Part shown: one piece after another, positions 34,701-46,700 of the stretch
How the letters are laid out: each line of letters opens with the position of its first letter
Position numbering within the stretch: the stretch's first letter is position 1
NCBI GenBank assembly: GCA_030141605.1
Contig: JAQGDQ010000598.1
Coordinates: forward strand, 1-61,189
Origin: Tubiluchus corallicola
Lineage: Eukaryota > Animalia > Priapulida
DNA: 61,189 nt
Reading direction: 5' to 3'
Translations under genes and position numbers: made by a program
Notes under the pieces: model-generated
The model's input: the letters and a program-made list of their open reading frames with translations, nothing else
Told to the model about the DNA's origin: nothing
Databases searched by the model: none

Positions 34701-37700
34701 GACTTTGTTATACAGTTTCGTGGGAGTCAGCATGAACTCAGGTTACCTGATAATGAAGTTGTAGGTATGTAATCTACTTGATAACGAAGTAGTTTGTATG
34801 TCGTCTACCTGATAATGGAGTAGTGTGTTTGTAATATATTCGTGAAACAAGACGGTAAGTATGAGATTCATCGTGTTATCAGAGTAACAAGTATGTGATT
34901 TATTTGCTAATGAACTAGCAAGTACGTGATCTATTTGATAATGAACTAGCAAGTTTGTGATCTATTTGATAATGAACTAACAAGTATGTGATCTATTTGA
35001 TAATGAACTAGCAAGTATGTGATCTATTTGATAATGAACTAACAAGTAGGTGATCTATTTGATAATGAACTAGCAAGTATGTGATCTATTTGATAATGAA
35101 CTAACAAGTATGTGATCTATTTGATAATGAACTAACAAGTATGTGATCTATTTGATAATGAACTAACAAGTATGTGATCTATTTGATAATGAACTAACAA
35201 GTATGTGATCTATTTGATAATGAACTAACAATTATGTGATCTATTTGATAATGAACTAGCAAGTTTGTGATCTATTTGATAATGAACTAGCAAGTAGGTG
35301 ATCTATTTGATAATGAAATAACAAGTATGTGATCTATTTGATAATGAACTAACAAGTATGTGATCTATTTGATAATGAACTAACAAGTATGTGATCTATT
35401 TGATAATGAACTAACAATTATGTGATCTATTTGATAATAACTAGCAAGTTTGTGATCTATTTGACAATGAACTAGCAAGTGTGTGATCTTTTTGATAATG
35501 AACTAGCAAGTTTGTGATCTATTTGACAATGAACTAGCAAGTGTGTGATCTATTTGCTAATGAACTAGCAAGTATGTGATCTATTTGATAATGAGCTAGC
35601 ACGTGTGTGATCTATTTGATAATGAGCTAGCAAGTATGCGATCTATTTGCTAATGAACTAAGAAATTAATAAATGATAGTTTATATCTAATCCAAGATCT
35701 GTGAAACTAATCTAAGAGTGAGAAGTGTATTGATGTTTAACGTACATTTTACAGAATGAGTTTAATTTTTTCGTAGATATACGCTCTTTGTACCTTTTTC
35801 CGGTTTTCTGAATTGTTCTGATTATGTTTCATGGAGAAGCTAATCTGACTTCTGTAATATGTTTGATGGAAAATGGCCCATATTAGGCCTCTGAGGCCTA
35901 ATTAAGTAAACTGATGTAACCCAGTTATAGTTATGCCTATTGACGATCTGCTTATAATTTTTCACGTATAAAGCAGCAAAGTAGTAAAACGTTCAACATA
36001 GGTTTAGTCACCAACAGAAGTGGTGCAGTAGGTCTCCTGGGCCACATAGCTTTACTATGTGTAGTTTACATATATTAAATATATATATATATGTATATAT
36101 ACAGTGATCCCTCGCTACTTCGCAGTTCGTTTATCGTGGACTTGCTGTTTCGCGGGTTTTTGTGGTACTCCGTCTAAAGTATTTCTGCACATGCGTAGTA
36201 TGTGTTATACAGTAATGTTAGATTTGATGAATTTTGCATAAAAAATCACAAAATGTATAAAAATATATTGAAAATATTAATTCTAACATTAAAAGAATAT
36301 TATAAATCATAAAAAATACTATTTACGTTAAATAGTGTATTTATTCGGCGGATGAATACACACCAAAAATCGGGGAGATCGTATGCTGCAGTTGGCCGCC
36401 ATTACGGGATCAACGAATCTACGGTTCGTTATATCAAGAGCGTGGGGAGGGTTTATAAAGACTTAAAATAATGTGTAACTACTAAAATAAGTATAGCGTG
36501 CCTATTTCGCGGAAATTCACTTACTTACGTGGGTGCTCTTCTTAAACGGAACACCCGCAATAAGTGAGGGAGCTCTATATATGCATAATTGCATATACAT
36601 GTTTGTGGTTGAACAACTAGAGTTCATTTTTTTATACCAAATCTCTTACAAAATTTAGTAACTAGTCTATCCTACAAACATAATAAGTTAGTTCATGTTG
36701 CATTAGCTAGCCGTTATAGGTATAATAATGATCTAAGAGTAAACATAATTGCAATAGTAGATAATTGTAATATTTTGCGTTGCTTATTTAGTACTTATGA
36801 ATCCTGCAGTGTTTTCTGCTGAAACACATTGTAATGAGAACACATGTTAGCTTAAAAGTTATATTGCCTCAGAAATGCTGCAATATTTTGTTAAATTATT
36901 GACAAAACTCTGTAACAATATTGCGCAATGCTATGAACTATGCATTGTGATGCTAAGTGGATAAATAAATCATTCTTTTTTTATCGGGTTCACATGACAG
37001 TGGGCTTATACATTGCTTCTGTTATGCTTCTCTAGCCCACTGCAGTACAATTATTCTTTTATGATAACGATAGTGTATGAAACATAACAATTTAATACAG
37101 TATGACGTAATAATTTTGATGTCGCTGTGTGCTTAATGTCATTATATTGACCTGAATATGATAATAATAAACTAAACTAAATACTTAAAATACGCATTAA
37201 ATGCTCAATAGAGTTTCTTTAGTATTTATGCCTGGGATGCGGTTACACCCCATTCCCAGTATCCACATGATTATTGAGAATTTCCGGTGATTGAGAGTTA
37301 AACTTTGTTTACATTGACACCTCTTCGCTTTCTTCCAGGTACAATAAAAACTCTTTTGGAGAGCGAAATACGAGTGCCAAAGGAGAAAATATCTTTAGAA
37401 GGCTGGAAGAGAGTGGTGCCCATCGTCACGGACTGCACGCCGCTGTCCGATCTTAATCTACCAAAGACGACCGAACTGTTTGTGTTGGTTCCTTGTGATT
37501 ATCAAATTCCGGAAGCTTCCCATCACACGAATGGAGAAGAGTATGTTTGCCGTTGCAATTTTGCTCACTGTCCTGATTCTCTAGTGTTATTATTTTTTTA
37601 CTGTAGCATGAATCTGCATGAATTTTTCAATGGAAACCCAATGTCATATTGTGAATTTGCAAATAACTCTTTAGCGATTTTTGGACAGTAATGATCATGT

Positions 37701-40700
37701 TATGTGATCAAAAGTGTTTATCGCGAATTGGTAAATAACCCTTGAGCTGTTTTTGGACAGTAATGACCATGTTAGGTAATAATAAGTATGCAGTGAGAAT
37801 TTGTAAATAATTCTTCAGTTATTTTCTGATAGTAATGATCATGTTATATGATCAGAAGTCCTTTTTTGTAGTGATCTATGGACTGAACCAAAATATAATC
37901 TTCGACTATCTGTTAATCAGTCAATAAACATGTATATAGCTAATGGTAGTCCGTATTTGCACTTTTGAAAACACATATTTTGCATACTTTCTTTTTATTT
38001 TTTCGGTTATTATCTAAGCATCCCAGTTAGTTCGCTGTGGTTTTGTATCTGCTCTGAAATGAATTGTTTTTACTAGTTTACATTGGATTTAATCTAGCGA
38101 AAACCTGAGTAAATTTATTTAGAGTTGAACCTAGTTTACATCATTTCTATTTTTGGGTATCTAGTTTAAACTATCAGCTATTATTTAGTTACATAAGTTG
38201 CCCATAATAATAGCAAACAAGTGTTGTTATTTTTGTAAAAAAGTGACAGTTGATTTTCAAAAGTTCTGTTTAAGTGCAGAACGACCAGAAAGCTCTTATA
38301 ATTTAATTGCTTCATTCTTGACTTTAAGGTAAAATAAGGTAAATGTATATTTTTCATTTAGAAGTATTAAAGTTACAAAAATAAGTTTTGGGGTTCCTAG
38401 GAAGGGAAGGGAAGGGAAAATCCTGGAAAACCCTTGAAAATAAAGGCTATCCTGGAAATTCAGGGGAAAAGATAATTTGATAAAAAGTCGGGGAAAATGT
38501 TGAAGACGGGGCGAAAAGTCGGTGAAAATGGTGAAGATGGGGCGAAAAGTCGGGGGAAATGATGAAGACGGGGCAAAAGATCCGGAAAAATGATGAAGAT
38601 GGGGCGAAAAGTCGGGGGAAATGATGAAGATGGGGTGAAAAGTCGGGGAAAATGATGAAGATGGGCAAAAAGTCGGGGGGAAATGATGAAGACGGGGCAA
38701 AAGATCCGGAAAAATGATGAAGACGGGGCGAAAAGTCAGGGTAAATGATGAAGACGGGGTGAAAAGTCAGGGAAAATGATGAAGACGGGGTGAAAAGTCG
38801 GGGAAAATGATGAAGTTGGGTGAAAAGTCGGGGAAAATGATGAAGATGGGCAAAAAGTCGGGGAAAATGATGAAGTTGGGTGAAAAGTCGGGGAAAATGA
38901 TTAAGATGGGGCGAAAAGTCCGGGAAAATGATGAAGATGGGGCGAAAAGTCAGGGAAAATGATGAAGATGGGGTGAAAAGTCAGGGAAAATGATGAAGAT
39001 GGGGCGAAAAGTCGGGGAAAATGATGAAGACGGGGCGAAAAGTCAGGGAAAATGATGAAGATGGGGCGAAAAGTCGGGGAAAATGATGAAGATGGGGGGG
39101 GGGGGGGCGAAAAGTCGAGGAAAATAATGAAGATGGGGCGAAAAATCGGGGAAAATGATGAAGATGGGGCGAAAAGTAGGAGAAAATAATGAAGATGGGG
39201 CGAAAAATCGGGAAAAATGATGAAGATGGGCAAAAAGTCGGGGAAAATGATGAAGATGGGCGAAAAGTAGGAGAAAATGATGAAGATGGGGCAAAAAATC
39301 GGGGAAAATGATGAAGATGGGGCGAAAAGTCGGGCAAAATGATGAAGATGGGGCAAAAAGTCGGGGAAAATGATGAAGATGGGCGAAAAGTCGGGGAAAA
39401 TGATGAAGATGGGCGAAAAGTAGGAGAAAATGATGAAGATGGGGCGAAAAATCGGGGAAAATGATGAAGATGGGGCGAAAAGTCGGGCAAAATAATGAAG
39501 ATGGGGCGAAAAATCGGGAAAAATGATGAAGATGGGCAAAAAGTCGGGGAAAATGATGAAGATGGGCGAAAAGTAGGAGAAAATGATGAAGATGGGGCGA
39601 AAAATCGGGGAAAATGATGAAGATGGGGCGAAAAGTCGGGCAAAATGATGAAGATGGGCAAAAAGTCTGGGAAATTAGAAAGGGTTACAAAAGTAATCAC
39701 AATGAACCGATATTCTTCCAAACACATTTTTCAGTGATTCGTGTTCAAACAAAATTGTGCTGTGGCAGTCTCCCAGTTTCCATTTTTGTTTCAAAAATAA
39801 TGACTGGATTAAGAAAGTTTATTTAATTTGATTAGTGTAATTTCATTAGCACCACTGCAACTGTGCCGACACGTATCAGTATATGTATGTTTGAATGTTT
39901 GAATATGTATACTGGTATTGCAATTTCTGCTTACCTTGATCATGGAAAATCAATATTTGGTCAGAGAAAGGTTATGGGAAAATCAGGGAAAATTATTTTA
40001 AAATTCTGTGGGCACCCTGAGTTTGTAATGTTCCAAGATAATTAGTAAAAACAGTTAAAATTGCTAAAGTTTTATAGTTTGTTGAATAAATATTCATGAA
40101 ATTTTGCAATATTTTTAGTCCCGAGATCGTAGAACGGTTTTCACGGAACTTCAAGCTCAACATAAAAGATTCAGATCAAGACAAAGATTATCATCTAAAT
40201 TATCCCGGCAGTAAAACCATATCAGAGGTAATGTTTTGACATGCTGTTAATTCTAGTTTACCAACTAGAAAAGTAGCTAATTGTCACTAAAATACATCAC
40301 AACTACTGTTACTGACTGACACGCTATTAACTCTCGTTTACCAACTAGAAAAGTAGCTAATTGGTTTTTTTAGTTCATTCTGTAGTGTTCTGATCCTGCT
40401 GTTGAATTGAGGAACTAATCTGATAACAATAAATACAGCAGTTGCTCATGGGGAAACTTGACTTTTGTTCAAGAAACTTCATTACGAATGTTTGCTTGTT
40501 TCTATCGAGCTAAGAAATTAAAACTGAATTGTACAGGTGAAAGGTGGCGTATTCTCGTTAACAGACATCCCAGTGAGCAAACAGGTGTGGACGGGATGGC
40601 CGGATGGTGTAGAAAATGACGGAAATGTAAGTGATTATTGTAATTAATTAAAAAAACTCGTTTATCTCCAATTGGGCATACTTCTTACTTCTTACGGTAT

Positions 40701-43700
40701 GTGAATGAATTGATGTACACTGCCTGCACTTTCGTAAATTTTAGGGTTTTAAAATTTTTTTATTTAGAGTCTAAAATCAAGAAATTTGTTTACACTTTTG
40801 TTTCTGACAAGGTCTCATGAAATGTCTAAAATACAGGAAATGGGTTGGCTTCAAGGACTTTGTTTCAGACCCCTATCACCTAGCTAGAGTCCTGATATCG
40901 GCTCTTGATGAGGTGGTAGATCTACTTGACGATGAACCTGATGATATCGGTTCTTGATGAGGTGGTAGATCTACTTGACGATGAGCCTGATGATATCGGT
41001 TCTTGATGAGGTGGTAGATCTACTTGACGATGAACCTGATGATATCGGTTCTGGATGAGGTGGCATATCTACTTGACGATGAACCTGATGATATCGGTTC
41101 TTGATGAGGTGGTAGATCTACTTGACAATGAACCTGATGATAACGGTTCTTGATGAGGTGGTAGATCTACTTGACGATGAACCTGATGATATCGGTTCTT
41201 GATGAGGTGGTAGATCTACTTGACGATGAACCTGATGATATCGGTTCTTGGTGAGGTGGTAGATCTACTTGACGATGAACCTGATGATATCGGTTCTTGG
41301 TGAGGTGGTAGATCTACTTGACGATGAACCTGATGATATCGGTTCTTGATCAGGTGGTAGATCTACTTGACGATGAACCTGATGATATCGGTTCTTGATC
41401 AGGTGGTAGATCTACTTGACGATGAACCTGATGATATCGGTTCTTGATGAGGTGGTAGATCTACTTGACGATGAACCTGATGATATCGGTACTTGATGAG
41501 GTGGTAGATCTACTTGACGGTGAACCTGATGATAAAATACTTATAATGATAAGCTACTTGGGTCTCAAGAATCTCACTGGTTGGTTTAAACGATATATTT
41601 TTTTTGTTTCTCCATGAAATATGTTTATTTTTAATGGAAGGGTTAAAGCAGGGGTGTGCAAATTATCTGACTAGCCGGGCCACATTAAACATTCCCTCAA
41701 TTCCTGTGGGCCACATGCAGTTTATTCAAGGAGTACAGTAGGACCTAATTACGATTTTTTTACATCCGATTTGCGCACATCATTACTACTGCACTCAAGA
41801 AACTATTTTAGAAGTTATTAAATTTATATTAAAAACCATATATTTCGTCATGTCCGACAGTGACATTAAGTGACAACGGTCTTGTAAGGGTTAATGCCAT
41901 CCATTCTAGAGGAAAAAACTACCCGCACTATCTTTGCGATATTGGCGCAGACTTCAGCTGGTTTGCGTGGGCCGCACTTTCATTACGTTGACAAACCTCT
42001 TTGCGGGCCGCACAAGATCTTTCGGCGGGCCACAGTTTGCACACCCCTGGGTTAAAGGAATTTTTGTGTAGACATTAGTTCAAATTAAAGAATGCTCTAA
42101 AATATTGAAAACTACAACAGCTTTTGTTAAATCAAAGCTTAAATTAAATAGTAATTACCTCGGATTGTTAAATTTTGTTAAACTTTCAAAGCTACGAGCG
42201 GCTCAGTGAATCATCAAGGTGGCTCACTACCAGCGGCTCACTAACACTGGCAATGGCGTCTTTTTGTCACATTCACGTGGCCGACAAATAGGCGCAGTAC
42301 CGCGATAAGCATGATTATCAACTTCAGTGTTCGTCTGTGATGTCATTTTCGTATTGTCAGTCTTATAGCAATCTTTGCTTACGCAAACGTGCTTGATGCG
42401 TAAAAGAAGATTCCTACCGTTGCACAAAGTGTGGTTAGTTTGTGATGTTAGCAATAGCTGTTTTCAGTTGCCGTTAATTAACTTTCTAAGCTAATTTTTT
42501 CAAATATTAGAAACAATTACTGACTTACATAGGCAACAAAATGTATATTTTGGACAGTAAATTAAAATGAGATTGACTCTAAACAATCGCCCAGTTTTCC
42601 TTTAACGCTCTTCGCTGAGCACTATACTTTACTGTTCTAACTAATCAGGTGGCTACATCTAGCGAGAACATTGCACACTAGGGGCCTAATATTTCAGTAA
42701 GCGTTAAGATCTTTCAAATTTCTCTTAAAAGTTTTCTTTGAATAAACTCGTTACTATTGTTTCAAGTATTAAAAACTATAAATTATAATTTCGCAGTTAA
42801 CGATTCAGTTACATTAGTCTTTCAAACAGGTAAACGTATTGTAAATTAATATGTATGAAAAGTTTTTCTGTGACGTACTTAAAATTACATTTTCTTCCCT
42901 TTTACTACAAAATCCACAGTAAAGAAACGAGCAGACATGCCATTTTAGCAACCACTGTAAATTATATTTCTGTGAAAGAAAAAATAACGTTATAGCACCA
43001 AAGCAACGCTAGATAATAACTCTGGATTTCATGATGCAATAACAATGCACAAAAGCAACAACACCGTAAAACCAACAAGAGAAAGAGTACAAAAAAGTAG
43101 CAAGTATCACTAATTAATAACACCATTAGATTAACTGTCACACATACACAAAACTACAAAATATGAGTTAAAATATTTTTAATATGCATTTTTCAATTAC
43201 AAAATGTCCGCAGTCATGCGAGTTCAAGGAGCACCAACTACAGTTGTTAACATTTCTTTTTCCATTCACATTTACAACTGGGGAGTGCTATTAGTTTCAA
43301 CAACTATTCAGCAAAAAATTCTTTAAGGACAAGAAAATGGCCAACCAAAGTAAGCCTCAGAAAATTCACAATAAAAAATTATATCACCTAAGTATAATCT
43401 TAAGCGAATGAAGTACTCACGTTTTCACACTTACTCCAATTTTTGTAAAATATTTCAACCGCTGCAGTAAAAGTATGTTTCATTTAGTCCGCCAATTGAA
43501 AAGCCAGCATGTGACTGATCACGTGGCATGACATCACTCGAACACAGTCGCAGTGATTTCTCAGCACGTATACTATAAAGATTCGTGTTGTGGTTCGGTG
43601 ACGCCATCTAATATAGCGCCCCCGTGACAATCTCGCGGGAGTATTTAAAATGAAAACAAACAGGAAATTCTTTTAACGTGAGTGTGATAAACGCTTAAGA

Positions 43701-46700
43701 GTGCCTCTAACCATTATAATTCTTTAGCAAAATTTTCTCGGACTTCTTTTAACTAGGCCTTTCCTTGTCCTTTAAAATCTTGGATGGACCAAGAAAGATT
43801 CACCATTCTTATTTTTAGCTAGGAACCAATCGTTTGGATACCAAGCTACCAGTTTCCGTAGTTCCGTACATAAATATTCATGTGAGCATGTCCGGTCAGA
43901 TATGAAATATAAGTTTGTAATTGAGTTTAACGATTATATCATCTGTTTTACAGGAGTTTAATTATCATTATCATACTTTTGTTTATCAAATAGAATATGG
44001 CAAACTATATTCTTCAATAGTTTGCTATTTTATATTTAAATGAACAAATTTAGTTTTTTATTTCACTCAGTAAATACCGTTGGTTTTTTTTGATAAACTT
44101 TAAAGTATCGGGAGAAGTGGGAAAAATAGCTAAACTCATTACACATTTTCATATCTCTTTGTCTCTAGTCATCGCAAACCATTTGGGTAACTTCTGCTTT
44201 GCATAAGTCTTTACCTGTCCTGTCCGTGCGGTTTCTTATCACCCTGTTTAGGGCCAAGTACACTTTGTAATTCACTTTTCCGTATCTGGGTTGTTGACCG
44301 GTCAAGCAGAAAAGATGCTTGGAGCGCATGCAGAAACCATCTCCATGGTGATTGTCAAATTCCACATATTCATCACCTATGACGACAGTGATGTGAGTGC
44401 CATAAGCAATCCACTTCTCGTGACGCAGTTTAAGATGTCCATCCAAAGCATCCCAGGGTATCACATGTGAGCCGCCTTGGTTCAAGCGATTACCACCATA
44501 GACAAGAATTCCACCGTTGTTGAATGAATGAATCTCTGCAGCATTAGAAGTACTTCCATCATCACCACCTAAACAATTGGCAGCATGGTTTAGTTATTAC
44601 GACTGCCTGAAAAGATCTTCTTGCCCACTTAATCGTCTTTGAAATTTTCTATTCTAGGCAATTTCTTTTTGAAATTTGTCATTTAAAGGAAAGGTCAAAC
44701 ATTCTGGGAGGTTAGGCTTATTTCAGTGTTTGTGAAAATGTGATAAGCACATGATAGTAAAATAACAAAATTATGTTAAAAAAATCGTGTTCATTTCGCA
44801 GTTGGGTACTTTCATTTTGAAAGCAGGCTTTCATCGGCTAAAGAAAATCACACTGTCAATTTCTGTCAAAAATGCAACAGATGAGTTTGTACAAAAAATT
44901 GGATAGCTAATTTTGTGATATTTTTTCGTGAACATTGCAGGAGTTTGAATTAGTTTAAGCAGCGCTTGCTTATAGGAAGCCATGACCAAGGTCTATTCAT
45001 AATATATTATGTTTATTAAAATATAATTGTTAAACGTCAGAGTCATTTCTATTGAATGTCTACACACGTACCATATCCGTCAGTCCTTGAATCAGCTATG
45101 TCAAAAGCCCATGCCTGAGTCTTGTTGAGACCTTCGAAGTAAAAATCAACACGCATATACTTCTGATTTGACTTAACTGCAGGAAAGGTTAGTTCCAGAA
45201 CACCTAAAAGAGTAAAAATTAAAGGGGTAGGACACTTAAAATAGTTACTAGGAACCTTGGTGAAATATCAACACCTCCAAAATAAGCAAGCAGCTTCTGT
45301 TCAAGTATTAGGAAAGACTTGAAGTAAAGATAACATACAATAAACACGTAATTCATTTGAGTAAATTGATGCAGGCATTTTAAAGCATTTATTACTAAAA
45401 GAATAAAACTTTTATGGAAGACTTTATAATTGACAGCTATTTGAAAAATGTCCAGACACTTTGAAACAGCAAAACAGTTACAGTTAGGATAGTTCACAAA
45501 ATAAAATTCAGAAAATTAAATACCTCTTTCGTTGCAACTGCCTGGGGTCTGTGTTAGTTTACCAAAAAAACGGATGTTCAGTTGCCCATCGAACTTGTGA
45601 ACCATCTAATTTATGCTGTGATGTCGTTAAATCCACCTCAGCTAATATTTTCTCATCTTTACAAGAAGCTGAAAGTATGAATTACATGTTTTGGACCGAT
45701 TTTGCTCAATATTTTTGCCTTCAAATGCTATATACTACAAATTCCATGACCGTGGTGCACTATTTTTTAGTAGTAGCAGCAGCAGTGGCAGTGGTAGTGG
45801 CTGCGGCAGTGGTAGCAGTAGTGGCAGCAGTAGCAGCGGCAGCAGCTATAGCGGTAGCAGTAGCGGTAGTAGCAGCGGTAGTAGTAGTTGCAGCAGTAGC
45901 ATTAGTAGTAGCAGTAGTAGTAGTAGTAGTAGTAGCAGCAGTAGCAGTAGTAGTAGCAGTAGTAGTAGTAGTAGCAGCAGTAGCAGTAGTGGTAGTGGTA
46001 GTAGTAATTTATTGACAGTAACAATGAATTATGAGCAGAACGATTTTACAGTCCAATACAGTACATTAAGCAGATACAGTTGACTATGCAACAGCAAACT
46101 CTACCTACGCAAATAACAGAGAAAAACTAGCTCTGTGTGTTCATCAATTTTACAACAAAACGAAGCAACGTCTAACAGTCTTTGCAACAAACTTCAGATT
46201 GCAAGTAAATAAACTTGATAAACAACTAAAATCTATATCCAGGATAATCTTGTACATTTTCTGTATTAATCCATTCACAAGTGAAATCATATTCTGTTTG
46301 CACTTGGCTGCAGACACATAATCTTAATTCACGAATTCACGTGGTATCCTAGACCACCTACCAATGTCTATACGAAGATTATGAGCTGAGAGCAGTCTAG
46401 TCATCTGTATTCTTTCGGATTCTTTTACATCTAACGAAGGATTAACATAAATATTTGTGCACTTAAAATAGGGTTAAGCCATTTGTATATCAGAAACTTT
46501 GATCAGCTGATGCCAGAACATGTGCTTCTTTATTAGCAATATCTCTCTCAATTATACATTTTTCATACATTACACAAGTGTCCCAAGTAATGGCCGCCTG
46601 CACTGATTGCCACATAGAATTAAAGGGATCATCGAGCATACCGTTACACTTGCGTATTAACTTTGAAAAAATGTGATCTTACTTGCGCAACGAGTCGCTG

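Noticed and set aside
38296-39727. Long minus-strand ORFs (134-248 aa)
   Set aside because: Translation artefacts of the 31-bp purine-rich minisatellite.
40891-41534. CRISPR array, hammerhead retrozyme or acidic coding repeat
   Set aside because: No unique spacers and the context is eukaryotic; CTGATGA is not followed by a stem and GAAA; the 49-bp period with TGA stops is not coding.
45551-46083. Poly-Val/Ala and poly-Ser ORFs
   Set aside because: Trinucleotide microsatellite lying in introns of both FAF1 and the nested gene.
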